This document shows positions 16,742 through 26,122 of a DNA stretch of 64,000 nt, piece by piece; positions within the stretch are counted from its first letter, which is position 1; each line of letters opens with the position of its first letter. Location of the stretch: positions 1-64,000 of the IMG/VR virus record IMGVR_UViG_3300031456_000001, one strand, 5' to 3'. Position numbers and translations under genes: made by a program. This DNA comes from a virus. A model generated the notes under the pieces. That model saw nothing but the letters and a program-made list of their open reading frames with translations. It had not been told where the DNA came from and ran no database searches.

Positions 16742-17457
16742 GGCCCCTCTCGGTAGGTGCGGACATCGTAGCGGGCCCTGCGCAGCTCCATGGCGTGCTC
16801 GCCGCACAGCTGCTCGATCCGGTCGAGACCGGGCCGGAACGGCAGCGGCTCAAAACTGAACCGCCACTCCTCGCGGATGGGGACGATCAGCTTGAAGACG
16901 GCCTTCTCGGCGCAGCCGGGCCGCGGACAGGTCGGCAGCAGCTCGTAGTCGAGGGCGGCGCGCAGGTCCTTGGCGATGACCGCCCGCACGCCGTTCCTGA
17001 CCGGCTCGTCCTCCGCAAGCTCCCAACCGTCGGTCTGCTGCACAGCCCGCAACCAGTCCGGGGAGCGGCTGACGTCGGCCATGACGTAGGTGACGGTGAG
17101 ACGCCACAGCCATACGGGGGGCGGGACCATGTCTTCGTCGATGCCGGTGCCGACCCAGAACCAGGCGTGGATCTTCTTCCATTCGCTGTGGCCGGGCGCG
17201 ATGCGCCGGGGCCACGCCTCGGTGTCGACGTGCCCGTTCCACAGTGCGCCGTCGGCGAGGAACACCCGTTCCCCGGTCGGTGCCACGTGCAGGCGGTATT
17301 TGGTGTGCGGCATGCGGGTGTCGAGCGTCGCGGCAGTGTCCTCCGTGGCGTAGACGGCCGGTCCGGCAACGTGCGCCACAGCGAAGTCGCTGAGACTGCT
17401 GGTGACCTGTTCACGCCGGCCGTCCCACGGGCCGCCGACGAACAGGCGCTCAACCAC
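16738..17457 (-). CDS. hypothetical protein
   Basis: LFVGGPWDG N-terminal motif common in phage hypotheticals. Confidence 0.55.
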   Translation of the reverse strand: MVERLFVGGPWDGRREQVTSSLSDFAVAHVAGPAVYATEDTAATLDTRMPHTKYRLHVAPTGERVFLADGALWNGHVDTEAWPRRIAPGHSEWKKIHAWFWVGTGIDEDMVPPPVWLWRLTVTYVMADVSRSPDWLRAVQQTDGWELAEDEPVRNGVRAVIAKDLRAALDYELLPTCPRPGCAEKAVFKLIVPIREEWRFSFEPLPFRPGLDRIEQLCGEHAMELRRARYDVRTYREGP

Positions 17458-17857
17458 GGCGGCCGCCGTCGAGCAGGTCGGCGGCCCAATCGACAGCGCG
17501 CTGCCAGTGCCCGGCGTCGTCCCGGATCTCCGGGTCTTTGCTGGGCCTGGCGCGCAGCCAGTCGGCAACCGCGGCCGCCACTTCATGCGCGTCATGGTCG
17601 GCGGTGACCCCCTTCCAGCGCCCCTCACCGCACACGCAGCGCAACGAACCGGCCAGCGAGCGGTTGCGGGCCAACACCGCCTTGACCGCCTCGGCGACAG
17701 TACCGGTGGTGGTCCGAGCGACCTGCTGGGCGCGGTGCTCGACCCGCAGTTCCTCGGCGGCGCGTGAGATGTCGGCCATCTCGGACCGCTCCTCGGCAAG
17801 GCCGTGGGCCCGTTCGAGAGCCGCCTGAATGGTGCTGTAGCTCTCCTCGGAGATCAT
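17450..17857 (-). CDS. hypothetical protein
   Basis: GGAAGGA RBS, coding-like codon usage. Confidence 0.55.
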   Translation of the reverse strand: MISEESYSTIQAALERAHGLAEERSEMADISRAAEELRVEHRAQQVARTTTGTVAEAVKAVLARNRSLAGSLRCVCGEGRWKGVTADHDAHEVAAAVADWLRARPSKDPEIRDDAGHWQRAVDWAADLLDGGRRG

Positions 17858-17940
17858 GCAGCGGTCCTTCCGGTGGTGGATGTGAAGCCGCCCGCCAGGA
17901 TAACCCCGACGGGCGGACATGTCACGCTGTGTGTCAGATG

Positions 17941-18858
17941 CTATGCGGCGAAGTCGGTGCGACGGCGCCGCGAGAAGTAGATGCCGGCCGCACCGGCCAC
18001 GACGAGCAGCAGGCCCACACCGGCGATGATGCCCACGCCGGGGCCGGTGACCGGCAGTGAGGCCCCGACCATCGCGGGCGGTGTCGTCGTCGGCGCGGTC
18101 ACGATCGGCGTCGCCGAGGCCGACGGGCCGGGCGTGACCGCATTCGACGGGGTCGCCGACGTCGAGGCGGACGGGGTGGCCGACGTGCTGCCGCTCGGGC
18201 TCTTCGGCGCGTACACCGTCCCCCACTTGTGGACCTTGCACGTGGTCTTCGTGGCCAGCTTCAACGTGTTCACGGTGTTGTCGGCGATGCCGCCCGCACC
18301 CTGGTTGAGGCCGTAGTAGGTGGCCGTCGTGTCGGCCGGCAGCAGGGCGACGATCTCGGCCCACGTCTTCGCGGTGTGCGCGGTGTAGCCCAACGCCGGG
18401 AACGACTTCGTGATGTACCAGACGCTCGCGCCGCCGTGCAGGACGTCACCGACACCGGCCAGCCCGGCCGGCTGGTAGGTCGACTCCCAGGCGAGGGTTC
18501 CGCCCCACGCACCGTTGACCTTGAGGCCGAACTGGTAGGACGGCAGCCAGCCGGACGTGTTGCTGTTGGCGAAGCCGGCGGCGGTGATGTCGGTGAGCTT
18601 CACCTCGGGGCTGAGCGGCAGGTAGCCGTAGACCTTGGCCGCGGCGTCGGGGGTGACGATGCGCACCCCGTTGGTCAGCAGGGTGTGGGTGCCGTTGGTC
18701 TGGGTGGTTCCGTCGGCGGCGAGGTGCACGAACGGGCTGACCGTGTCGTGGGTGGCGATCGGGCACGGCGGCGTCCAGGTGGCGCCGGCCGGGGCCGCGG
18801 TGGCGGCCAACCCGGTCGCGGCGAGAACCGCGACGACGGCGAGGATGCGGCGGATCAT
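17941..18858 (-). CDS. secreted LPXTG cell-wall-anchored protein
   Basis: signal peptide MIRRILAVVAVLAATGLAATAAPAGA, Ser/Thr/Pro linker, LPVTG + hydrophobic helix + RRRR tail. Confidence 0.88.
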   Translation of the reverse strand: MIRRILAVVAVLAATGLAATAAPAGATWTPPCPIATHDTVSPFVHLAADGTTQTNGTHTLLTNGVRIVTPDAAAKVYGYLPLSPEVKLTDITAAGFANSNTSGWLPSYQFGLKVNGAWGGTLAWESTYQPAGLAGVGDVLHGGASVWYITKSFPALGYTAHTAKTWAEIVALLPADTTATYYGLNQGAGGIADNTVNTLKLATKTTCKVHKWGTVYAPKSPSGSTSATPSASTSATPSNAVTPGPSASATPIVTAPTTTPPAMVGASLPVTGPGVGIIAGVGLLLVVAGAAGIYFSRRRRTDFAA

Positions 18859-18932
18859 GGGGGCCTCTCGGTAGTGGGTGTGCAAAACGCCCGTCAGCCT
18901 AGCGGCCAACGGGCGCTTTGTCACGCGACGTG

Positions 18933-19169
18933 TCAGGCGACGGGGATGCCGAGTTTGCGGGCGGTCCGCCACAGCTCGTCGCCGAGCTGGTCGGTGGGGT
19001 CGGGGTTGAGCCACCGTTCCCGATTGAGCACCGTCTCGGCGACGATGCGCAGGGCGTCGGATTGGCTGACGCGACGGCCGAGCGTCGCGGACACGTGCAC
19101 GGTGAGCAGGCGAACCGCGTTGGCGGTTTCGCGGCTGGCGCTCAGGTTGGTGTAGCCGGGGGCGACCAT
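18933..19169 (-). CDS. small hypothetical protein, possibly DNA binding
   Basis: AAGGAG RBS; strand-helix-helix-like pattern. Confidence 0.55.
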   Translation of the reverse strand: MVAPGYTNLSASRETANAVRLLTVHVSATLGRRVSQSDALRIVAETVLNRERWLNPDPTDQLGDELWRTARKLGIPVA

Positions 19170-19282
19170 GGCTGGCTCCTTCGTCGTGGTGGAGCCTTCA
19201 GTTTACTGGAATATCCAGTAGAGAGCAAGTCCCGGGCGACCCCGTGGACCGCTGGGAACACAGGGGTGCCCGCCCTGGTCGG

Positions 19283-19960
19283 TCAGCCACCGATGCGGCT
19301 CAACGCCTCGTCCCAGACCTCGACCGGCCACGCGTTGACGGTGCCGAAGATCGTGGAGTGCGCCTTCTCGACCGGGACGCCGTCACGCCGGGCAATGGCT
19401 GCCGCCGTCTTCCCGAGGCGGTTCAGGTAGCCGACGTCGTGACGCAGGCCGCGCAGATTGGCGAACCCGGTGGCGGCCAGCCGCTCGTATCCGGCCTCCA
19501 GGCGTTCGGTACGCGCGCCCAACTCCAAGATGGCACGGTCATGCTGAACCAGGTGATCCCGCTGGATCCGCATCTGGTCGATCATGACCTGAAGAGCGTC
19601 GAGCGGGTCCATGGCCTTCGGGCTGACCACGTAGGCGCCGGTCTTGCGGATCGTGGGCAGCACCTCTCCGGTAACCCAGTCCTGGAACGCCTCCGCCTCT
19701 CCACGCTCGGAGCGCATCACGAGCCGGTAGAGCCCCTGCTCACTGATGATGGTGGAATCTTGCACGCCACCGGGGGTGCGCACTGGATGCGTACCCTTCT
19801 CCCGGTCACGAAGCATGCGCATTGCGTCAGGACCATTTCGGTAGCCAAGAATCTTGGCTACGTCGGCGGCCACGAACCACGGCTCCCCGTCGATCATGAC
19901 GACGCGGATGGAGTTGCCGTTGAAGTCGAACGGGTCGAGCGCTGTGCTTACACTGGTCAC
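19283..19960 (-). CDS. Bro-N domain antirepressor-like protein
   Basis: IRVVMIDGEPWFVAADVAKILGY...ISEQGLYRLVMRS...FQDWVTGEVLPTIRKTGAY. Confidence 0.92.
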   Translation of the reverse strand: MTSVSTALDPFDFNGNSIRVVMIDGEPWFVAADVAKILGYRNGPDAMRMLRDREKGTHPVRTPGGVQDSTIISEQGLYRLVMRSERGEAEAFQDWVTGEVLPTIRKTGAYVVSPKAMDPLDALQVMIDQMRIQRDHLVQHDRAILELGARTERLEAGYERLAATGFANLRGLRHDVGYLNRLGKTAAAIARRDGVPVEKAHSTIFGTVNAWPVEVWDEALSRIGG

Positions 19961-20237
19961 GGGTAAGTACCTGCCTTCTAGTCCAAGGCGTGGGAAAGCC
20001 CCACGAGGGCCTGGCGTGCGGGAACACGCGCAGGCCCTCACACTACCCGGTCACCCGCCGGGGCGGCGGCCCAGCATCACGTCCAGCAGCTGCCGGAGCT
20101 GCCCCGCGTCGAGCGGCGGCGGGTGGGCGACCGTCCCGCCGCGGCACGCCGCCTGGTCCGGCGGCGCCTGCCGGCCGTCGTACATGGCGAACGTCCACTC
20201 GGGGCAGGTGCACAGCGGGTGCCGGCGGGGGAAGCGC

Positions 20238-20522
20238 TCAGCGTGGGCCACGGCGCCAGTCCAGCCCCAGGAGGCGCTCCTGTCGCAGCATGCGCCGGAT
20301 CCGCTGTTCCCGCCCCCACGAATCATCCATCCACTGCTCAAACTTATTGCGGTCGATGAGACCTGTGCTGAAAAGTCTCGCCCCGGTGATCCGGATAATT
20401 TCCTCCGTTTCGAGCAGGGTTCGGCTCGTTCGCGCCGATAAGCGGTTCGCGACCACGACCAGAACGAGCAGGCCGGCGAACACGGCCAGCAGGACGAGCA
20501 CCTTGGCGAGGGTTTCAGTCAC
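20238..20522 (-). CDS. small membrane-anchored protein
   Basis: N-terminal transmembrane helix. Confidence 0.45.
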   Translation of the reverse strand: MTETLAKVLVLLAVFAGLLVLVVVANRLSARTSRTLLETEEIIRITGARLFSTGLIDRNKFEQWMDDSWGREQRIRRMLRQERLLGLDWRRGPR

Positions 20523-21732
20523 GGTCCGCCGCCTTCCGCATCCAGTCGCCCCGCTCGGGCCACACCTCGGCGAGCACCGTGTCATCGACGTGATGCGCCA
20601 ATTCTTCGCACACCTGTTCGAGCCGGTTGCGCTTGGTGAAAAGGCCGTCACGCTGCCTGACGAGGGAGACGATCCGCTCGTTGGCCCGCTCCAGCCGGCC
20701 GTTCAGCCGCGCCACCTCGACGAGCAGCGCCTCCCGGCCCAGCGCCCTGCGCACCGCGATCGGCGTGCGCCCGTTCGCGGCCACGTCGAGGGCGGCGTGA
20801 AAGACCTCCGGCCCGCTGACCACGGGCGGTTGGTCGGCCCCGAGCCGACGCCTGCGCTCGGCCGAGGTCTCGACGGCGCACTGCCCCGGGTCGGCCACGT
20901 CCCGCAGGTGCTCGGGCAGCTCCCAGCCGCAGCCGGGCGCCCAGACGATGTCCTGCCCCCGTCGACCGATCAAAGTCACCGTCTCAAGACGACCGTCCAC
21001 GAAAACGGCCCGAACTTCATGAGGCGTAGTTTTTTTATCACCGGCGGTGATCTCGTTGCCGGGATTTACGGCGTGCAGGTACGAATTTGTGACACACCGC
21101 CCGTCCTTCGACACGGTACGTGAGCGGGGCCGCGTCTGCGTCGGCTCACTGTCGGCCCGCAGCATCGCAGGCCCCTCAGCGCCTCCAGGAGCCCCCGGGG
21201 TGTCCGTACCCCCCGCCGGGGCGCCCTGGGCGCTCTGCGTGGCGCTGGCGGCCGCCGCCGGGGCTGTTGCGTCCTGGCTGACCACCGGGCAGCCGCACCG
21301 TTCGACGTCACCGGGGGTCGCCCATGCCCCCCGCTTCTCGGCGCAGACGTGCCGCCGCCACCCGGCCGTGTCCAGCTGGGGGTCGAACGCGTTCTGGGCC
21401 TGCCGGCGCGCCTTCAGGAACCCCGGTGAGGCGTCTTTCAGCAGCTCGTCGGCCTTCGGGTGGTAGTACAGCGCCCAGAACAGCCGCGCCCCGGCTTTCG
21501 CCTGGGAGGCTACCGGGGCTACGGGTCGGCCGGCGGCCACGTAGGGCCGTGGCACGTCGATCCGGTCGGCTGCGGCCCGCAGCGCCGCGGCGGCGGCCGC
21601 CGGGTCTTCGGTGATGACCCGCAGCACGGTCCGGCTCGTGCCGGCGGCGTCGTCGTGCCGGTGCAGTTCCGCAGCCCAGCGCACCTGTGGCGTCTCTTCG
21701 TCGGCCTGCCCGTCCAGTTCATTCTCACTCAC
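20515..21732 (-). CDS. hypothetical protein (possibly a fusion or two genes)
   Basis: long ORF with mixed codon usage. Confidence 0.45.
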   Translation of the reverse strand: MSENELDGQADEETPQVRWAAELHRHDDAAGTSRTVLRVITEDPAAAAAALRAAADRIDVPRPYVAAGRPVAPVASQAKAGARLFWALYYHPKADELLKDASPGFLKARRQAQNAFDPQLDTAGWRRHVCAEKRGAWATPGDVERCGCPVVSQDATAPAAAASATQSAQGAPAGGTDTPGAPGGAEGPAMLRADSEPTQTRPRSRTVSKDGRCVTNSYLHAVNPGNEITAGDKKTTPHEVRAVFVDGRLETVTLIGRRGQDIVWAPGCGWELPEHLRDVADPGQCAVETSAERRRRLGADQPPVVSGPEVFHAALDVAANGRTPIAVRRALGREALLVEVARLNGRLERANERIVSLVRQRDGLFTKRNRLEQVCEELAHHVDDTVLAEVWPERGDWMRKAADRD

Positions 21733-21820
21733 CGCGTTGTCTCCGTCACTCTCTGTTCGCCGATTCCATATGTCCAGAATGTCACTTATGTGGATCAATT
21801 CCGCTAAGCGGACCGACCGG

Positions 21821-23344
21821 TCACCATCCGAGAATCAGCTGTTCTGCAGGTAGGGCAGGTGCTGGGTATTCGTCAGGCAATGTCATGCCGGGAGACTGGG
21901 GTCCCACCTGACCGAGAAGGTTGGGTTTCAGGTGGACCTTGCATCCGGCCTCCCTGGCCTGGGCGACGATGCGCGCCACCCATTCGAAGGGTGGCGCGAA
22001 CGCTGGGACCACGCCGTTCGGCTGCCGTGTCTCGGTCTGTGCGCCGATGACTACCCAGTCGAACATCGAGAGGTCAGTGAATTCGAGGGGTTCCCGCAGT
22101 GGCTCCAGGGACAGCCAGCGAACGGCGACCCCTTCAATCTGGCGGAAGGCGTCTTCGGCGATCCGCACCCGCTTCTGCTCGTCCACCGAGGTGCCGATCC
22201 ACGCTGTGGCGGGCAGTTGGAGTCCGACATAGCGTGACGGAAACTTGGTGAGCATGAGGTACTGCCAGCGCAGCTCCCGTGCGCAGGCGGTCAGTACCTG
22301 GTCGATCCACTCGTCAGGCACCCAACGACCGAACAGATCGGCCATGGAGCAAACGAAAACCCGCTGAAGACTGGAATCTCGGGCGATGTCGGCCGGCGAG
22401 GGAACCGTGGTGTTGACGGGGGCGTCGAGCCGCTCATGGTGGAACAAGGGGGTGAATCCGACGGGATAGGCGGCGGCATAGCTGGGCTTGACGGCCAGTT
22501 CGCGGGCGTAGCAGTAGTCGCAGCCGTGCAGGCAGCCGGTTACCGGGTTCCAGGACCAGCCCGCCCACGAGATGCCTTCGCCGGTGGTCCGGTTGAACGT
22601 CGCCTTGGCCTTGGGCTGCGGGTAGGGCACTTCGCGGCCGGCGTGGGTGCGAAGGGTGAGCATGACGGGTCCGGACCGGCCGGTCGGTGCCGGTGTGGTC
22701 GGTTCCGGTTTCGGCTCGGCACGCAGCCGCCGGGTGGCCTGTTTCGCGGCGGCGTCCAGGGACATGGCACCGGACCGTACGGCGGGGATCAGGTCGGGCG
22801 CGGCGCGCTCGACCTTTTTGGCCTGCTGGACGGAACGGCCGGAGGCGCCTACCGCAGCGGCGGCGCGTTCACGAGACTCGCGCTCACGGCGAGCCGGCGG
22901 CTCCGACGATCCAGCTTCCGGCAGGTCTGCCGGAAGCTCCGTCCGTTTTGCCGGTTCCGGAAACTTCGACCTGGCCTGACCTGCTTCGCGCTGCCGCTCC
23001 TTCGCCTGCGGCGCGTACCGGCGCTCATACGCGAGCGCGATCACAGCCCGCTGCCCCGGGTTCAGGTGCCGTCGCTCCACATTGGTCGAGATGATGTAGT
23101 CGGCGATCATCTGATCCGTGTAGCGCTCCGGCAGGTGTTCGAACACCGGATCAAGATTCGCCGCGAGGCAGGCCCGGTAACGATTCCGCCCGTCAACCAG
23201 GGTGTTGCCGTCGTAGGTGAGGACGATGGGGCGACGAAGCCCCTGTCGCCGGATGTCGACGACGAGCGCCCCGAACTCCCCGCCCTCGATGAGTGGGAAC
23301 TCATCCGCGAAAGGGTGGACCGCGTAGGGCCCGAGTGTCGTCAC
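21821..23344 (-). CDS. ParB-like N-terminal domain fused to DUF5131 (Gp37/Gp68, three-Cys radical-SAM-like)
   Basis: HPFADEFP...GLRRPIVL...VDGRNRYRAC and WNPVTGCLHGCDYCYA, VFVCSMADLF, LTK, WIGTSV, SLEPL, DWVVIG. Confidence 0.88.
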   Translation of the reverse strand: MTTLGPYAVHPFADEFPLIEGGEFGALVVDIRRQGLRRPIVLTYDGNTLVDGRNRYRACLAANLDPVFEHLPERYTDQMIADYIISTNVERRHLNPGQRAVIALAYERRYAPQAKERQREAGQARSKFPEPAKRTELPADLPEAGSSEPPARRERESRERAAAAVGASGRSVQQAKKVERAAPDLIPAVRSGAMSLDAAAKQATRRLRAEPKPEPTTPAPTGRSGPVMLTLRTHAGREVPYPQPKAKATFNRTTGEGISWAGWSWNPVTGCLHGCDYCYARELAVKPSYAAAYPVGFTPLFHHERLDAPVNTTVPSPADIARDSSLQRVFVCSMADLFGRWVPDEWIDQVLTACARELRWQYLMLTKFPSRYVGLQLPATAWIGTSVDEQKRVRIAEDAFRQIEGVAVRWLSLEPLREPLEFTDLSMFDWVVIGAQTETRQPNGVVPAFAPPFEWVARIVAQAREAGCKVHLKPNLLGQVGPQSPGMTLPDEYPAPALPAEQLILGW

Positions 23345-24270
23345 ATCCGCTCCTTCTTCGTCAGGAACAGCTCGTCGAGCAGGGCGCGAAATCCTGCCGG
23401 ATCGCGACGCAGCCACACCTTCCGCATCGTCATGCCGTGAGCGGTGAATGCTTTGTCGACATCGTCTTCAGCCCGCTCCCCCCAGGCGTTGGCCTCTTCC
23501 ACCAGGTAGGCCCACTGCGAGTCGTCCCGCTCGATCGCCGCCAGCAGAAGATCGTGATGGGGGTACAGCCCGTCCGCCGCCTGCTGTACCAGTCCATACC
23601 ACTGACCGCGCTCCTCGCGGTTGAGGCGCTTCAACCCTTTCGCGTTGCATCCCATCGTGGAGATCCCCCGGAACCAGGGGGTGCGCTCCCGGATCTCCGC
23701 CACAAAGGTGGGTCGCATGGCCCACGTGTTGATGGCGTTCGGGTCGTTGACCACGACGACGGCCGTACGTGCGGTGACATCTTCGACGGAGGCTCCGGCG
23801 CCGTCCGCATTGAAACTCCTCACCTGCGAGTAGCCGCGCCACCAGTGGTCACCGTTCCAGCCGTAGGCCACCGACTCGCCCCGGCGACCCTCCAGGCGCG
23901 GCAGATGGTCGTGGAGATTCCCGTCGAGGCGGTCGAACGTGGCCGGCTGGATCTCATGCAGGCGAACCCTGATCCGCTTGTGTGCCGCCGTGGCATGGTA
24001 GGCCAGCAGGCCGGGTGAACAGTTCGACCACCATGGACCCTCGGCCAGGTACGGCACGCCGTCCCCCGCGGTCAGGTCAAGCCACAGATGCTCGTCGAAC
24101 CCGCGGATATGCCTGCCCGCCCCCACCTCCCGACCGATCAGCCGGCCCATGAGCGCGTGCTTGGCCGGGGTCCGCACGCTGTGCCCGACATTCCGGCTTC
24201 CCCGCAGGGGTCGACGTTTCGACGTCACCCCTTCCCCCTCCCCGAAGGGCAGCTCGTCCTGCGGGGTCAT
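23341..24270 (-). CDS. three-Cys-motif partner protein (TcmP-like, methyltransferase fold)
   Basis: TPAKHAL, WLDLTAGDG SAM-binding-like motif, VNDP; translationally coupled to the DUF5131 gene. Confidence 0.65.
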   Translation of the reverse strand: MTPQDELPFGEGEGVTSKRRPLRGSRNVGHSVRTPAKHALMGRLIGREVGAGRHIRGFDEHLWLDLTAGDGVPYLAEGPWWSNCSPGLLAYHATAAHKRIRVRLHEIQPATFDRLDGNLHDHLPRLEGRRGESVAYGWNGDHWWRGYSQVRSFNADGAGASVEDVTARTAVVVVNDPNAINTWAMRPTFVAEIRERTPWFRGISTMGCNAKGLKRLNREERGQWYGLVQQAADGLYPHHDLLLAAIERDDSQWAYLVEEANAWGERAEDDVDKAFTAHGMTMRKVWLRRDPAGFRALLDELFLTKKERM

Positions 24271-24425
24271 GTCGTCGTCACCCGCTCGGCGTGCTCCTTC
24301 TCCCTGACGATCATCTGCTCGACGAACTCCGTCACCGACATCCGGCGCCGCAACGCCTCGATCTTCAACCACTCCAACGTGCTCAGCCGCAGCCGTAGCG
24401 ACGTGGGCCTGCGTTCCTCATCCAT
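24267..24425 (-). CDS. ribbon-helix-helix regulator
   Basis: MDEERRPTSLRLRLSTLEWLKIEALRRRMSVTEFVEQMI (not in the ORF track). Confidence 0.65.
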   Translation of the reverse strand: MDEERRPTSLRLRLSTLEWLKIEALRRRMSVTEFVEQMIVREKEHAERVTTT

Positions 24426-24775
24426 GTCGCGAAACTATCACGTCGCGAGGGTGGTTCGAACGCCCCCCGAACGTATGGCCCCCACCCGGCCCGCACACGT
24501 TCACCACTTCTAAAGAGTGGTGAAACGTGTGTGCGGGTGTGTGCCGGCGTGTGTGAGGTGCCGTGTGCGTATCTGACCTGGGGAAATGAAGATCGCGTGT
24601 GAGGGCGTGTGACCCCTCGTATGCGGATCATGGGGTCACACGCGTGTGCGGAGTGTAGGCAGACTACGCATGAGGCTGAGTTTTACCTGGTCAGCATGCA
24701 TGCTTGATCAACTAGCCGTTTCCACATGATGGGAAACGGTCATTTCGCTGTGATGCGTTATCCACAAGTGATCCA

Positions 24776-26122
24776 CTAGAACAGCGTCCCCCCGAGCCCG
24801 TCCTCCTGCCGGCCGCCGTGCGGCTGCGGCGGCTGCATGCCGAGCACCACCCGCCAACGCTTCAGGTTGTCGGCCCGGTCTGGCGCCATCTCCAACACAC
24901 CCTGCTTCATCCGCGTGTTGAGCTGATTACGGGCCGCATTCACGCTCAGGCCGACATACCGGGCATAGTCGCCTGCGGTGATCCCGCCCGCACCTGCCCC
25001 CTTGATCCAGGCGATCGGGTTGAGGTGGACGGAGGCGCCCATCGTGCCCTCCGTCTTGTCCACGGTCACCTCCTGCTCGGCGATGAACTCCCCCGGCGAC
25101 TTCACCTGACGCACGTGCACCAACGTCGAGCCCTCCTCGTCGACCCACATCGACACCACCGACCCGGCCCCGGCCGTCAACCAGCGCGAGCCGTACACGT
25201 CGTCGATGCCGTTGGTCCGCTGCTGCCCCTGCTGGATCTTCCGGTTGTGGTGATCCTCGACCCACTGCATGCCCCGGGCCACACACTCCTGCCTGGCCCG
25301 GTTGTAGCCGTTCGCCGACTCGTCGTCCGACGGCTTCGGGCAGTAGTCCTTCACGCTGTCCACGAACACGTCCGAACACTTGTGCGGCTGCGCCTGCGCC
25401 ATGTCCGCCAGGGCGTCCTTCTCCGTGGTCAGGTCGAACGGCAGCGGCCCGTCATGCACCAGCAGATGATCACGCAGCACGTCGGCCATCCAGTCCCGCC
25501 GGTGCCGGCGCATCGCCCGCCGGATCTGCCGCGGCCGGTCCCCGGCCAGGTACAGCACCAGCCCGGCCAGGTCCATGGGCCGCACCGGCATGCCCAGCAC
25601 CGCCCCCCAGTCGTCGGGGTGGTCGTCGGGGCCGACCCGCCGGTGGTCAGCGCGGGGCCGCCCGTCCGGCCCGAGGAGACCCAGCCGGGCGAACACCAGC
25701 AGATGCGACAGCGTCGACTTGAACACGCCGTTGCCGCCGAACAGCATCAGCGGCTCCCCGGGCGCCCACACCACACCGCCGCCGGGCGCCCCCCACACCT
25801 GCTCGTCGCCGTCGGCGTCTTCGGCGAGGAACTCCCACCCGTCGAGGAGGCGCAGTTTCCGGGCCGCCCGCAGCGCCGCGAACTCTTCGGCGTCGATCTC
25901 CTTGCGGACCCTGCGCCGGTTGCGTTCCGATTTGCGCTGCCGGGCCAGCTCGCGTTGCTCCTCCGCGTCGGCGAGCTGCCTCCGGCGCTCCTCCTCCTCC
26001 TCGGCGGTGAGGCCCGACTCGGTATCCGGCGGCGGGCCGTTCGACGGGTTGTCGGGCTGACCACCGGGGGGCGTGTCGCCTTCAGCGGCCGACCAGTCGA
26101 ACGGGGGGGCGTCGTCGGTCAC
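24776..26122 (-). CDS. RepA-like AAA helicase
   Basis: Walker A GGNGVFKST, VFVDS Walker B, HHNRK and YGS motifs; follows Prim-Pol. Confidence 0.82.
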   Translation of the reverse strand: MTDDAPPFDWSAAEGDTPPGGQPDNPSNGPPPDTESGLTAEEEEERRRQLADAEEQRELARQRKSERNRRRVRKEIDAEEFAALRAARKLRLLDGWEFLAEDADGDEQVWGAPGGGVVWAPGEPLMLFGGNGVFKSTLSHLLVFARLGLLGPDGRPRADHRRVGPDDHPDDWGAVLGMPVRPMDLAGLVLYLAGDRPRQIRRAMRRHRRDWMADVLRDHLLVHDGPLPFDLTTEKDALADMAQAQPHKCSDVFVDSVKDYCPKPSDDESANGYNRARQECVARGMQWVEDHHNRKIQQGQQRTNGIDDVYGSRWLTAGAGSVVSMWVDEEGSTLVHVRQVKSPGEFIAEQEVTVDKTEGTMGASVHLNPIAWIKGAGAGGITAGDYARYVGLSVNAARNQLNTRMKQGVLEMAPDRADNLKRWRVVLGMQPPQPHGGRQEDGLGGTLF

